Of a stretch of DNA of 64,000 bases, positions 51,701 through 64,000 are shown piece after piece. How positions within the stretch are numbered: position 1 is the stretch's first letter; each line of letters starts with the position of its first letter. The notes below the pieces were generated by a model that saw only the letters and a program-made list of their open reading frames with translations, ran no database searches and had not been told where the DNA came from. The position numbers and the translations under genes are program-made. Source of the stretch: the human T2T-CHM13v2.0 reference genome, Homo sapiens; the NCBI RefSeq assembly GCF_009914755.1, contig NC_060930.1; one strand, written 5' to 3'.

Positions 51701-54700
51701 AGGCCTTCGTTGGAAACGGGATTTCTTCGTATGAATCTAGACAGAAGAATTCTCAGAAACTTCCTTGTGATGTGTGCATTCAACTCAGCGAGTGGCACCT
51801 TCCTTTGGATACAGCAGTTTTGAAACACTGTTTTTGTAGTATTTCCAAGCGGATATTTAGAGCGCCTTGAAGCCTATGCTAGAAATGGAAATATCTCCCC
51901 ATAAAACCAAGACAGAAGCAATCTCAGAAACTAATGTGTGATGGCTGCATTCCACACACACGGTGGACCATTTCTCTTGATAGAGCAGTTTTGAAACACT
52001 CTTTCTGTAGAATCTGCAAGTGGATAATTGGACCTCCTAGAGGCCTTCGTTGGAAACGGGATTTCTTCATCTAAACCTACAGAGAAGAATTCTCAGTAAC
52101 TTCTTCGGATGTGTGCATTCGACTCACAGAATGGAACATTCCCTTTGATAGAGCAGTTTTGAGACACCGTTTTTGTAGAATTCCCAAGTGGATATTTAGA
52201 GCACTTTGAAGTCTCTGCTAGAAAAGGAAACATCTTCATGTAAAAAGTAGATAGAATCGTTCTCAGAAAGTGCTTAGTGACGTGTGCGTTCAACTCACAG
52301 AGTTTAACGTTTCTTTTGATAGAGCGTTTCTGAAACACCCTTCTTGTAGTAGCTGCAAGTGGATATTTGGACCTATTGGAGGCCTTCTTTGGAAACGGGA
52401 TTTCTTCATGTAACTCTAGATTGAAGAATTCTCAGAAACTCCTTTGTGATGTGTGCATTCAATTCAAAGAGTGAAACCTCCCTTTTCACAGAGCAGTTTT
52501 GAAACACTGTTTTTGTAGGATTTCCAAGGGGATATTTATAGCGCATTGAGCCTACGGCGGAAAAAGAAACATCTTCCTATAAAAACTAGACAGAATACTT
52601 CTCAGAATCTGCTTTGCGATGTGTGCGTTCAACTCACAGAGTAAAACTTTTCTTTTGATAGAGCAGTTTTGAAACACTCTTTTTGTAGTATTTGCATGTG
52701 TATATTTAGAGCGCATTGAAGCCCACAGTAGAAAAGGAAATAACTTCACCTAAAACCTAGACAGAAGCAATCTCAGAAACTACTTTGTGATGTGTACATT
52801 CAACTCACAGAGTGGAACTTTCCTCTTTATAGAGCAGTGTTGAAACACTCTTTTTGTAGAAACTGCAAGTGGATATTTGGACCTCTTTGAGGCCTTCGTT
52901 GGAAACGGGATTTCTTCCTATAACCCTAGACAGAAGAATTTTCAGAAACCTCATTGTGATGTGTGCGTTCATCTCACAGAGTGGAGTCTTCCGTTTGATA
53001 GAGAAGTTTTGAAACCCTGTTCTTGTAGGATTTCCAAGTGGATATTTAGACCACTTTGAAGCCTATGATAGAAAAGGAAACATCTTCATGGAAAACATAG
53101 ATAGAATCATCCTCAGAAACAACTTTGTGATGTGTGCGTTGAACTCACCGTCTTTAACCTTTCTTTTGGTAGAGAAGTTTTGAAACACTCTCTTTGTAAA
53201 GTCTACAAGTGGATATTTTGAGCCCTTGGAGGCATTCTTTGGAAAAGGGAATGTCTTCACATAAAAGGCAGACGGAAGTGTTCTCAGAAACTGCTTTGTG
53301 ATGTCTGTGTTCAACTCACAGAGTTTAACATTTCCTTTGATAGAGCGGTTTAGTAACCCTCTCTTTGTAGAATTTGGAAGTGTATATTAAGAGCGCTTTG
53401 AGGCCTATGGTAGAAAAGGAAATATCTTTCCATAAAAGCTAGACAGAAGCAATCTCAGAAACTCCTTTGCGATGTCTGCATTCAACTCACCGAGTGGAAC
53501 ATTCCTCTTGAGAGAGCAGTTTGGAAACACTCTTTCTGTAGAATCAGCTTGTTTGTATTTGGACCTCCTTGAGGCCTTCGTTGGAAACGGGTTTTCATCT
53601 TATAAACCCAGACAGAAGAATTCTCAGAGTCTTCTTTGTGATGTGTGCTTTCAACTCACCGAGATAAAGATTTCTCTTGATAGAGCAATTTGGAAACACT
53701 CTTTTTGTAGAATTTGCAAGGGTACATTGAGAGCGCTTTCAGGCCTATGGTAGAAAAGGGAATATCTTTCCATAAAAGGTAGACAGAAGCAATCTCAGAA
53801 ACTACTTTGTGATGTGTGCATTCAACTCACCGAGTGCAACGTTCCTCTTGACCGAGCAGTTTGGAAACATTGTTTCTGTAGAATCTGCAAGTGGATATTT
53901 GGACCTCTTTGAGGCCTTCGTTGGAAACGGGATTTCTTCCTATAAACCCAGACAGAAGAATTCTCAGAGACTTCTTTGTGATGTGTGAATTCAACTCACA
54001 GTGTGGATCCTTCCTTTTGATAGAGCAGTTTTGAAACCCTGTTTTTGTAGTATTTCCAAGCGGATATTTGGAACGCCTTGAAGCGTATGGTAGAAAAGGA
54101 AATATCTTCCCATAAAACCTAGACAGAACCAATCTCAGAAACGACTTTGTGATGTCTGCATTCAAGTCACAGAGTTGAACATTTCTCTTGATAGAGCAGT
54201 TTTGAAACCCTCTTTCTGAAGGATCTGCAAGTGGATATTTGGAACTCCTTTGGGTCTTCGTTGGAAACGGGATTTCTTCGTATAAATCTAGACAGAAGAA
54301 TTCTCCGAAACTTCTTTGGTTGTGTGCATTCAAGTCACAGAGTGGAACCTTCCTTTGGATAGAGCAGTTTGAAACGCCGTGGTTGTAGTATTTCCAAGCG
54401 GATATTAGAGCGCCTTGAGGCCTATGGTAGAAAAGGAAATATCTTCCCATAAAACCTAGACGGAAGCAATCTCAGAAACTACTGTGTGATGGCTGCATTC
54501 CACACACACGGTGGAACATTTCTCTTGATAGAGCAGTTTTGAAACACTCTTTCTGTAGAATCTGCAAGTGGATAATTGGACCGCCTTGAGGCCTTCGTTG
54601 GAAACGGGATTTCTTCATGTTACTCTAGATAGAAGAATTCTCAAACACTGCTATGTGATGTTTGCATTCAAGTCACAGAGTGCAACATTCCTCTTGGTAG

Positions 54701-57700
54701 AGCAGTTGGGAAACACTCCTTTTGTAGAATCTGCAATGGGATATTTGGACTTCTTTGAGGCCTTCGTTGGAAACGGGATTTCTTCGTATGAATCTAGACA
54801 GAAGAATTCTCAGAAACTTCCTTGTGATGTGTGCATTCAACTCAGCGAGTGGCACCTTCCTTTGGATACAGCAGTTTTGAAACACTGTTTTTGTAGTATT
54901 TCCAAGCGGATATTTAGAGCGCCTTGAAGCCTATGCTAGAAATGGAAATAGCTCCCCATAAAACCAAGACAGAAGCAATCTCAGAAACTAATGTGTGATG
55001 GCTGCATTCCACACACACGGTGGACCATTTCTCTTGATAGAGCAGTTTTGAAACACTCTTTCTGTAGAATCTGCAAGTGGATAATTGGACCTCCTAGAGG
55101 CCTTCGTTGGAAACGGGATTTCTTCATCTAAACCTACAGAGAAGAATTCTCAGTAACTTCTTCGGATGTGTGCATTCGACTCACAGAATGGAACATTCCC
55201 TTTGATAGAGCAGTTTTGAGACACCGTTTTTGTAGAATTCCCAAGTGGATATTTAGAGCACTTTGAAGTCTCTGCTAGAAAAGGAAACATCTTCATGTAA
55301 AAAGTAGATAGAATCGTTCTCAGAAAGTGCTTAGTGACGTGTGCGTTCAACTCACAGAGTTTAACGTTTCTTTTGATAGAGCGTTTCTGAAACACCCTTC
55401 TTGTAGTAGCTGCAAGTGGATATTTGGACCTATTGGAGGCCTTCTTTGGAAACGGGATTTCTTCATGTAACTCTAGATTGAAGAATTCTCAGAAACTCCT
55501 TTGTGATGTGTGCATTCAATTCAAAGAGTGAAACCTCCCTTTTCACAGAGCAGTTTTGAAACACTGTTTTTGTAGGATTTCCAAGGGGATATTTATAGCG
55601 CATTGAGCCTACGGTGGAAAAAGAAACATCTTCCTATAAAAACTAGACAGAATACTTCTCAGAATCTGCTTTGCGATGTGTGCGTTCAACTCACAGAGTA
55701 AAACTTTTCTTTTGATAGAGCAGTTTTGAAACACTCTTTTTGTAGTATTTGCATGTGTATATTTAGAGCGCATTGAAGCCCACAGTAGAAAAGGAAATAA
55801 CTTCACCTAAAACCTAGACAGAAGCAATCTCAGAAACTACTTTGTGATGTGTACATTCAACTCACAGAGTGGAACTTTCCTCTTTATAGAGCAGTGTTGA
55901 AACACTCTTTTTGTAGAAACTGCAAGTGGATATTTGGACCTCTTTGAGGCCTTCGTTGGAAACGGGATTTCTTCCTATAACCCTAGACAGAAGAATTTTC
56001 AGAAACCTCATTGTGATGTGTGCGTTCATCTCACAGAGTGGAGTCTTCCGTTTGATAGAGAAGTTTTGAAACCCTGTTCTTGTAGGATTTCCAAGTGGAT
56101 ATTTAGACCACTTTGAAGCCTATGATAGAAAAGGAAACATCTTCATGGAAAACATAGATAGAATCATCCTCAGAAACAACTTTGTGATGTGTGCGTTGAA
56201 CTCACCGTCTTTAACCTTTCTTTTGGTAGAGAAGTTTTGAAACACTCTCTTTGTAAAGTCTACAAGTGGATATTTTGAGCCCTTGGAGGCATTCTTTGGA
56301 AAAGGGAATGTCTTCACATAAAAGGCAGACGGAAGTGTTCTCAGAAACTGCTTTGTGATGTCTGTGTTCAACTCACAGAGTTTAACATTTCCTTTGATAG
56401 AGCGGTTTAGTAACCCTCTCTTTGTAGAATTTGGAAGTGTATATTAAGAGCGCTTTGAGGCCTATGGTAGAAAAGGAAATATCTTTCCATAAAAGCTAGA
56501 CAGAAGCAATCTCAGAAACTCCTTTGCGATGTCTGCATTCAACTCACCGAGTGGAACATTCCTCTTGAGAGAGCAGTTTGGAAACACTCTTTCTGTAGAA
56601 TCAGCTTGTTTGTATTTGGACCTCCTTGAGGCCTTCGTTGGAAACGGGTTTTCATCTTATAAACCCAGACAGAAGAATTCTCAGAGTCTTCTTTGTGATG
56701 TGTGCTTTCAACTCACCGAGATAAAGATTTCTCTTGATAGAGCAATTTGGAAACACTCTTTTTGTAGAATTTGCAAGGGTACATTGAGAGCGCTTTCAGG
56801 CCTATGGTAGAAAAGGGAATATCTTTCCATAAAAGGTAGACAGAAGCAATCTCAGAAACTACTTTGTGATGTGTGCATTCAACTCACCGAGTGCAACGTT
56901 CCTCTTGACCGAGCAGTTTGGAAACATTGTTTCTGTAGAATCTGCAAGTGGATATTTGGACCTCTTTGAGGCCTTCGTTGGAAACGGGATTTCTTCCTAT
57001 AAACCCAGACAGAAGAATTCTCAGAGACTTCTTTGTGATGTGTGAATTCAACTCACAGTGTGGATCCTTCCTTTTGATAGAGCAGTTTTGAAACCCTGTT
57101 TTTGTAGTATTTCCAAGCAGATATTTGGAACGCCTTGAAGCGTATGGTAGAAAAGGAAATATCTTCCCATAAAACCTAGACAGAACCAATCTCAGAAACG
57201 ACTTTGTGATGTCTGCATTCAAGTCACAGAGTTGAACATTTCTCTTGATAGAGCAGTTTTGAAACCCTCTTTCTGAAGGATCTGCAAGTGGATATTTGGA
57301 ACTCCTTTGGGTCTTCGTTGGAAACGGGATTTCTTCGTATAAATCTAGACAGAAGAATTCTCCGAAACTTCTTTGGTTGTGTGCATTCAAGTCACAGAGT
57401 GGAACCTTCCTTTGGATAGAGCAGTTTGAAACGCCGTGGTTGTAGTATTTCCAAGCGGATATTAGAGCGCCTTGAGGCCTATGGTAGAAAAGGAAATATC
57501 TTCCCATAAAACCTAGACGGAAGCAATCTCAGAAACTACTGTGTGATGGCTGCATTCCACACACACGGTGGAACATTTCTCTTGATAGAGCAGTTTTGAA
57601 ACACTCTTTCTGTAGAATCTGCAAGTGGATAATTGGACCGCCTTGAGGCCTTCGTTGGAAACGGGATTTCTTCATGTTACTCTAGATAGAAGAATTCTCA

Positions 57701-60700
57701 AACACTGCTATGTGATGTTTGCATTCAAGTCACAGAGTGCAACATTCCTCTTGGTAGAGCAGTTGGGAAACACTCCTTTTGTAGAATCTGCAATGGGATA
57801 TTTGGACTTCTTTGAGGCCTTCGTTGGAAACGGGATTTCTTCGTATGAATCTAGACAGAAGAATTCTCAGAAACTTCCTTGTGATGTGTGCATTCAACTC
57901 AGCGAGTGGCACCTTCCTTTGGATACAGCAGTTTTGAAACACTGTTTTTGTAGTATTTCCAAGCGGATATTTAGAGCGCCTTGAAGCCTATGCTAGAAAT
58001 GGAAATATCTCCCCATAAAACCAAGACAGAAGCAATCTCAGAAACTAATGTGTGATGGCTGCATTCCACACACACGGTGGACCATTTCTCTTGATAGAGC
58101 AGTTTTGAAACACTCTTTCTGTAGAATCTGCAAGTGGATAATTGGACCTCCTAGAGGCCTTCGTTGGAAACGGGATTTCTTCATCTAAACCTACAGAGAA
58201 GAATTCTCAGTAACTTCTTCGGATGTGTGCATTCGACTCACAGAATGGAACATTCCCTTTGATAGAGCAGTTTTGAGACACCGTTTTTGTAGAATTCCCA
58301 AGTGGATATTTAGAGCACTTTGAAGTCTCTGCTAGAAAAGGAAACATCTTCATGTAAAAAGTAGATAGAATCGTTCTCAGAAAGTGCTTAGTGACGTGTG
58401 CGTTCAACTCACAGAGTTTAACGTTTCTTTTGATAGAGCGTTTCTGAAACACCCTTCTTGTAGTAGCTGCAAGTGGATATTTGGACCTATTGGAGGCCTT
58501 CTTTGGAAACGGGATTTCTTCATGTAACTCTAGATTGAAGAATTCTCAGAAACTCCTTTGTGATGTGTGCATTCAATTCAAAGAGTGAAACCTCCCTTTT
58601 CACAGAGCAGTTTTGAAACACTGTTTTTGTAGGATTTCCAAGGGGATATTTATAGCGCATTGAGCCTACGGCGGAAAAAGAAACATCTTCCTATAAAAAC
58701 TAGACAGAATACTTCTCAGAATCTGCTTTGCGATGTGTGCGTTCAACTCACAGAGTAAAACTTTTCTTTTGATAGAGCAGTTTTGAAACACTCTTTTTGT
58801 AGTATTTGCATGTGTATATTTAGAGCGCATTGAAGCCCACAGTAGAAAAGGAAATAACTTCACCTAAAACCTAGACAGAAGCAATCTCAGAAACTACTTT
58901 GTGATGTGTACATTCAACTCACAGAGTGGAACTTTCCTCTTTATAGAGCAGTGTTGAAACACTCTTTTTGTAGAAACTGCAAGTGGATATTTGGACCTCT
59001 TTGAGGCCTTCGTTGGAAACGGGATTTCTTCCTATAACCCTAGACAGAAGAATTTTCAGAAACCTCATTGTGATGTGTGCGTTCATCTCACAGAGTGGAG
59101 TCTTCCGTTTGATAGAGAAGTTTTGAAACCCTGTTCTTGTAGGATTTCCAAGTGGATATTTAGACCACTTTGAAGCCTATGATAGAAAAGGAAACATCTT
59201 CATGGAAAACATAGATAGAATCATCCTCAGAAACAACTTTGTGATGTGTGCGTTGAACTCACCGTCTTTAACCTTTCTTTTGGTAGAGAAGTTTTGAAAC
59301 ACTCTCTTTGTAAAGTCTACAAGTGGATATTTTGAGCCCTTGGAGGCATTCTTTGGAAAAGGGAATGTCTTCACATAAAAGGCAGACGGAAGTGTTCTCA
59401 GAAACTGCTTTGTGATGTCTGTGTTCAACTCACAGAGTTTAACATTTCCTTTGATAGAGCGGTTTAGTAACCCTCTCTTTGTAGAATTTGGAAGTGTATA
59501 TTAAGAGCGCTTTGAGGCCTATGGTAGAAAAGGAAATATCTTTCCATAAAAGCTAGACAGAAGCAATCTCAGAAACTCCTTTGCGATGTCTGCATTCAAC
59601 TCACCGAGTGGAACATTCCTCTTGAGAGAGCAGTTTGGAAACACTCTTTCTGTAGAATCAGCTTGTTTGTATTTGGACCTCCTTGAGGCCTTCGTTGGAA
59701 ACGGGTTTTCATCTTATAAACCCAGACAGAAGAATTCTCAGAGTCTTCTTTGTGATGTGTGCTTTCAACTCACCGAGATAAAGATTTCTCTTGATAGAGC
59801 AATTTGGAAACACTCTTTTTGTAGAATTTGCAAGGGTACATTGAGAGCGCTTTCAGGCCTATGGTAGAAAAGGGAATATCTTTCCATAAAAGGTAGACAG
59901 AAGCAATCTCAGAAACTACTTTGTGATGTGTGCATTCAACTCACCGAGTGCAACGTTCCTCTTGACCGAGCAGTTTGGAAACATTGTTTCTGTAGAATCT
60001 GCAAGTGGATATTTGGACCTCTTTGAGGCCTTCGTTGGAAACGGGATTTCTTCCTATAAACCCAGACAGAAGAATTCTCAGAGACTTCTTTGTGATGTGT
60101 GAATTCAACTCACAGTGTGGATCCTTCCTTTTGATAGAGCAGTTTTGAAACCCTGTTTTTGTAGTATTTCCAAGCAGATATTTGGAACGCCTTGAAGCGT
60201 ATGGTAGAAAAGGAAATATCTTCCCATAAAACCTAGACAGAACCAATCTCAGAAACGACTTTGTGATGTCTGCATTCAAGTCACAGAGTTGAACATTTCT
60301 CTTGATAGAGCAGTTTTGAAACCCTCTTTCTGAAGGATCTGCAAGTGGATATTTGGAACTCCTTTGGGTCTTCGTTGGAAACGGGATTTCTTCGTATAAA
60401 TCTAGACAGAAGAATTCTCCGAAACTTCTTTGGTTGTGTGCATTCAAGTCACAGAGTGGAACCTTCCTTTGGATAGAGCAGTTTGAAACGCCGTGGTTGT
60501 AGTATTTCCAAGCGGATATTAGAGCGCCTTGAGGCCTATGGTAGAAAAGGAAATATCTTCCCATAAAACCTAGACGGAAGCAATCTCAGAAACTACTGTG
60601 TGATGGCTGCATTCCACACACACGGTGGAACATTTCTCTTGATAGAGCAGTTTTGAAACACTCTTTCTGTAGAATCTGCAAGTGGATAATTGGACCGCCT

Positions 60701-63700
60701 TGAGGCCTTCGTTGGAAACGGGATTTCTTCATGTTACTCTAGATAGAAGAATTCTCAAACACTGCTATGTGATGTTTGCATTCAAGTCACAGAGTGCAAC
60801 ATTCCTCTTGGTAGAGCAGTTGGGAAACACTCCTTTTGTAGAATCTGCAATGGGATATTTGGACTTCTTTGAGGCCTTCGTTGGAAACGGGATTTCTTCG
60901 TATGAATCTAGACAGAAGAATTCTCAGAAACTTCCTTGTGATGTGTGCATTCAACTCAGCGAGTGGCACCTTCCTTTGGATACAGCAGTTTTGAAACACT
61001 GTTTTTGTAGTATTTCCAAGCGGATATTTAGAGCGCCTTGAAGCCTATGCTAGAAATGGAAATATCTCCCCATAAAACCAAGACAGAAGCAATCTCAGAA
61101 ACTAATGTGTGATGGCTGCATTCCACACACACGGTGGACCATTTCTCTTGATAGAGCAGTTTTGAAACACTCTTTCTGTAGAATCTGCAAGTGGATAATT
61201 GGACCTCCTAGAGGCCTTCGTTGGAAACGGGATTTCTTCATCTAAACCTACAGAGAAGAATTCTCAGTAACTTCTTCGGATGTGTGCATTCGACTCACAG
61301 AATGGAACATTCCCTTTGATAGAGCAGTTTTGAGACACCGTTTTTGTAGAATTCCCAAGTGGATATTTAGAGCACTTTGAAGTCTCTGCTAGAAAAGGAA
61401 ACATCTTCATGTAAAAAGTAGATAGAATCGTTCTCAGAAAGTGCTTAGTGACGTGTGCGTTCAACTCACAGAGTTTAACGTTTCTTTTGATAGAGCGTTT
61501 CTGAAACACCCTTCTTGTAGTAGCTGCAAGTGGATATTTGGACCTATTGGAGGCCTTCTTTGGAAACGGGATTTCTTCATGTAACTCTAGATTGAAGAAT
61601 TCTCAGAAACTCCTTTGTGATGTGTGCATTCAATTCAAAGAGTGAAACCTCCCTTTTCACAGAGCAGTTTTGAAACACTGTTTTTGTAGGATTTCCAAGG
61701 GGATATTTATAGCGCATTGAGCCTACGGCGGAAAAAGAAACATCTTCCTATAAAAACTAGACAGAATACTTCTCAGAATCCGCTTTGCGATGTGTGCGTT
61801 CAACTCACAGAGTAAAACTTTTCTTTTGATAGAGCAGTTTTGAAACACTCTTTTTGTAGTATTTGCATGTGTATATTTAGAGCGCATTGAAGCCCACAGT
61901 AGAAAAGGAAATAACTTCACCTAAAACCTAGACAGAAGCAATCTCAGAAACTACTTTGTGATGTGTACATTCAACTCACAGAGTGGAACTTTCCTCTTTA
62001 TAGAGCAGTGTTGAAACACTCTTTTTGTAGAAACTGCAAGTGGATATTTGGACCTCTTTGAGGCCTTCGTTGGAAACGGGATTTCTTCCTATAACCCTAG
62101 ACAGAAGAATTTTCAGAAACCTCATTGTGATGTGTGCGTTCATCTCACAGAGTGGAGTCTTCCGTTTGATAGAGAAGTTTTGAAACCCTGTTCTTGTAGG
62201 ATTTCCAAGTGGATATTTAGACCACTTTGAAGCCTATGATAGAAAAGGAAACATCTTCATGGAAAACATAGATAGAATCATCCTCAGAAACAACTTTGTG
62301 ATGTGTGCGTTGAACTCACCGTCTTTAACCTTTCTTTTGGTAGAGAAGTTTTGAAACACTCTCTTTGTAAAGTCTACAAGTGGATATTTTGAGCCCTTGG
62401 AGGCATTCTTTGGAAAAGGGAATGTCTTCACATAAAAGGCAGACGGAAGTGTTCTCAGAAACTGCTTTGTGATGTCTGTGTTCAACTCACAGAGTTTAAC
62501 ATTTCCTTTGATAGAGCGGTTTAGTAACCCTCTCTTTGTAGAATTTGGAAGTGTATACTAAGAGCGCTTTGAGGCCTATGGTAGAAAAGGAAATATCTTT
62601 CCATAAAAGCTAGACAGAAGCAATCTCAGAAACTCCTCTGTGATGTCTGCATTCAACTCACCGAGTGGAACATTCCTCTTGAGAGAGCAGTTTGGAAACA
62701 CTCTTTCTGTAGAATCAGCTTGTTTGTATTTGGACCTCCTTGAGGCCTTCGTTGGAAACGGGTTTTCATCTTATAAACCCAGACAGAAGAATTCTCAGAG
62801 TCTTCTTTGTGATGTGTGCTTTCAACTCACCGAGATAAAGATTTCTCTTGATAGAGCAATTTGGAAACACTCTTTTTGTAGAATTTGCAAGGGTACATTG
62901 AGAGCGCTTTCAGGCCTATGGTAGAAAAGGGAATATCTTTCCATAAAAGGTAGACAGAAGCAATCTCAGAAACTACTTTGTGATGTGTGCATTCAACTCA
63001 CCGAGTGCAACGTTCCTCTTGACCGAGCAGTTTGGAAACATTGTTTCTGTAGAATCTGCAAGTGGATATTTGGACCTCTTTGAGGCCTTCGTTGGAAACG
63101 GGATTTCTTCCTATAAACCCAGACAGAAGAATTCTCAGAGACTTCTTTGTGATGTGTGAATTCAACTCACAGTGTGGATCCTTCCTTTTGATAGAGCAGT
63201 TTTGAAACCCTGTTTTTGTAGTATTTCCAAGCGGATATTTGGAACGCCTTGAAGCGTATGGTAGAAAAGGAAATATCTTCCCATAAAACCTAGACAGAAC
63301 CAATCTCAGAAACGACTTTGTGATGTCTGCATTCAAGTCACAGAGTTGAACATTTCTCTTGATAGAGCAGTTTTGAAACCCTCTTTCTGAAGGATCTGCA
63401 AGTGGATATTTGGAACTCCTTTGGGTCTTCGTTGGAAACGGGATTTCTTCGTATAAATCTAGACAGAAGAATTCTCCGAAACTTCTTTGGTTGTGTGCAT
63501 TCAAGTCACAGAGTGGAACCTTCCTTTGGATAGAGCAGTTTGAAACGCCGTGGTTGTAGTATTTCCAAGCGGATATTAGAGCGCCTTGAGGCCTATGGTA
63601 GAAAAGGAAATATCTTCCCATAAAACCTAGACGGAAGCAATCTCAGAAACTACTGTGTGATGGCTGCATTCCACACACACGGTGGAACATTTCTCTTGAT

Positions 63701-64000
63701 AGAGCAGTTTTGAAACACTCTTTCTGTAGAATCTGCAAGTGGATAATTGGACCGCCTTGAGGCCTTCGTTGGAAACGGGATTTCTTCATGTTACTCTAGA
63801 TAGAAGAATTCTCAAACACTGCTATGTGATGTTTGCATTCAAGTCACAGAGTGCAACATTCCTCTTGGTAGAGCAGTTGGGAAACACTCCTTTTGTAGAA
63901 TCTGCAATGGGATATTTGGACTTCTTTGAGGCCTTCGTTGGAAACGGGATTTCTTCGTATGAATCTAGACAGAAGAATTCTCAGAAACTTCCTTGTGATG
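48767..64000 (+). repeat. Copy 2 (partial, runs off the window end) of the 24,452-bp super-repeat; corresponds to 24315-39548
   Basis: Shares the 1-bp deletion (48767) and the variants at 49067, 53387, 54951, 55615, 57119, 60176 and 61781 with copy 1. Confidence 0.88.

Larger units (their letters stand above)
1..64000 (+). repeat. D6Z1: Centromeric alpha-satellite higher-order repeat array, 18-mer / 3057-bp HOR, most likely human chr6 active array D6Z1
   Basis: Alphoid monomer motifs (cattcaactcacagag, ttgatagagcagttttgaaacactc, tgcaagtggatatttgg) recur every ~170 bp. The string ggaccatttctcttgatagag starts at 1, 3058, 6115, 9172, 12229, 15286, 18343, 21400, 24456, 27513, 30570, 33627, 36684, 39741, 42798, 45855, 48908, 51965, 55022, 58079 and 61136; the period is 3057 except across small deletions. 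The ORF track repeats with the same period. The alpha-satellite HOR call is near certain; the chr6/D6Z1 assignment rests on the recalled ~3-kb BamHI 18-mer. Confidence 0.93.

Noticed and set aside
1-64000. CRISPR-like appearance (short conserved motif recurring at regular intervals)
   Set aside because: The intervening sequences are homologous ~170-bp monomers, not unique spacers; no cas genes are present; the motif is the CENP-B box.
1-64000. Mobile-element insertion, inversion or truncated HOR
   Set aside because: The HOR phase is kept throughout (3057 bp apart from two 1-bp deletions and one 3-bp deletion), all monomers are on one strand, and there is no poly(A) tail, target-site duplication or non-alphoid segment.

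Overview
The whole 64-kb window is one uninterrupted head-to-tail array of primate alpha-satellite DNA (~170-bp monomers), all in a single orientation. It is organised as an 18-monomer, 3057-bp higher-order repeat (HOR), present as 20 complete copies plus one nearly complete copy. The 3057-bp 18-mer period, the mostly dimeric CENP-B-box/pJalpha-site alternation and the single BamHI site per unit match the active centromeric array of human chromosome 6 (D6Z1, suprachromosomal family 1). This identification is from recall, not a database search. I see no genes, RNA genes, transposon insertions or inversions; every ORF in the track recurs with the repeat and is an artefact of it. The real information is in the rare variants between HOR copies. 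They show a 24,452-bp (8-HOR) tandem super-duplication, nested single-HOR duplications, a recombinant-looking HOR whose switch maps to about 2 bp, and a change from mosaic HORs (1-~18.3 kb) to a homogeneous expanded haplotype. Inside the HOR there is an old 3-monomer-offset duplication and a lopsided CENP-B box distribution. I found no evidence of a novel gene-based system. All variants were read by eye, so the lists may be incomplete.
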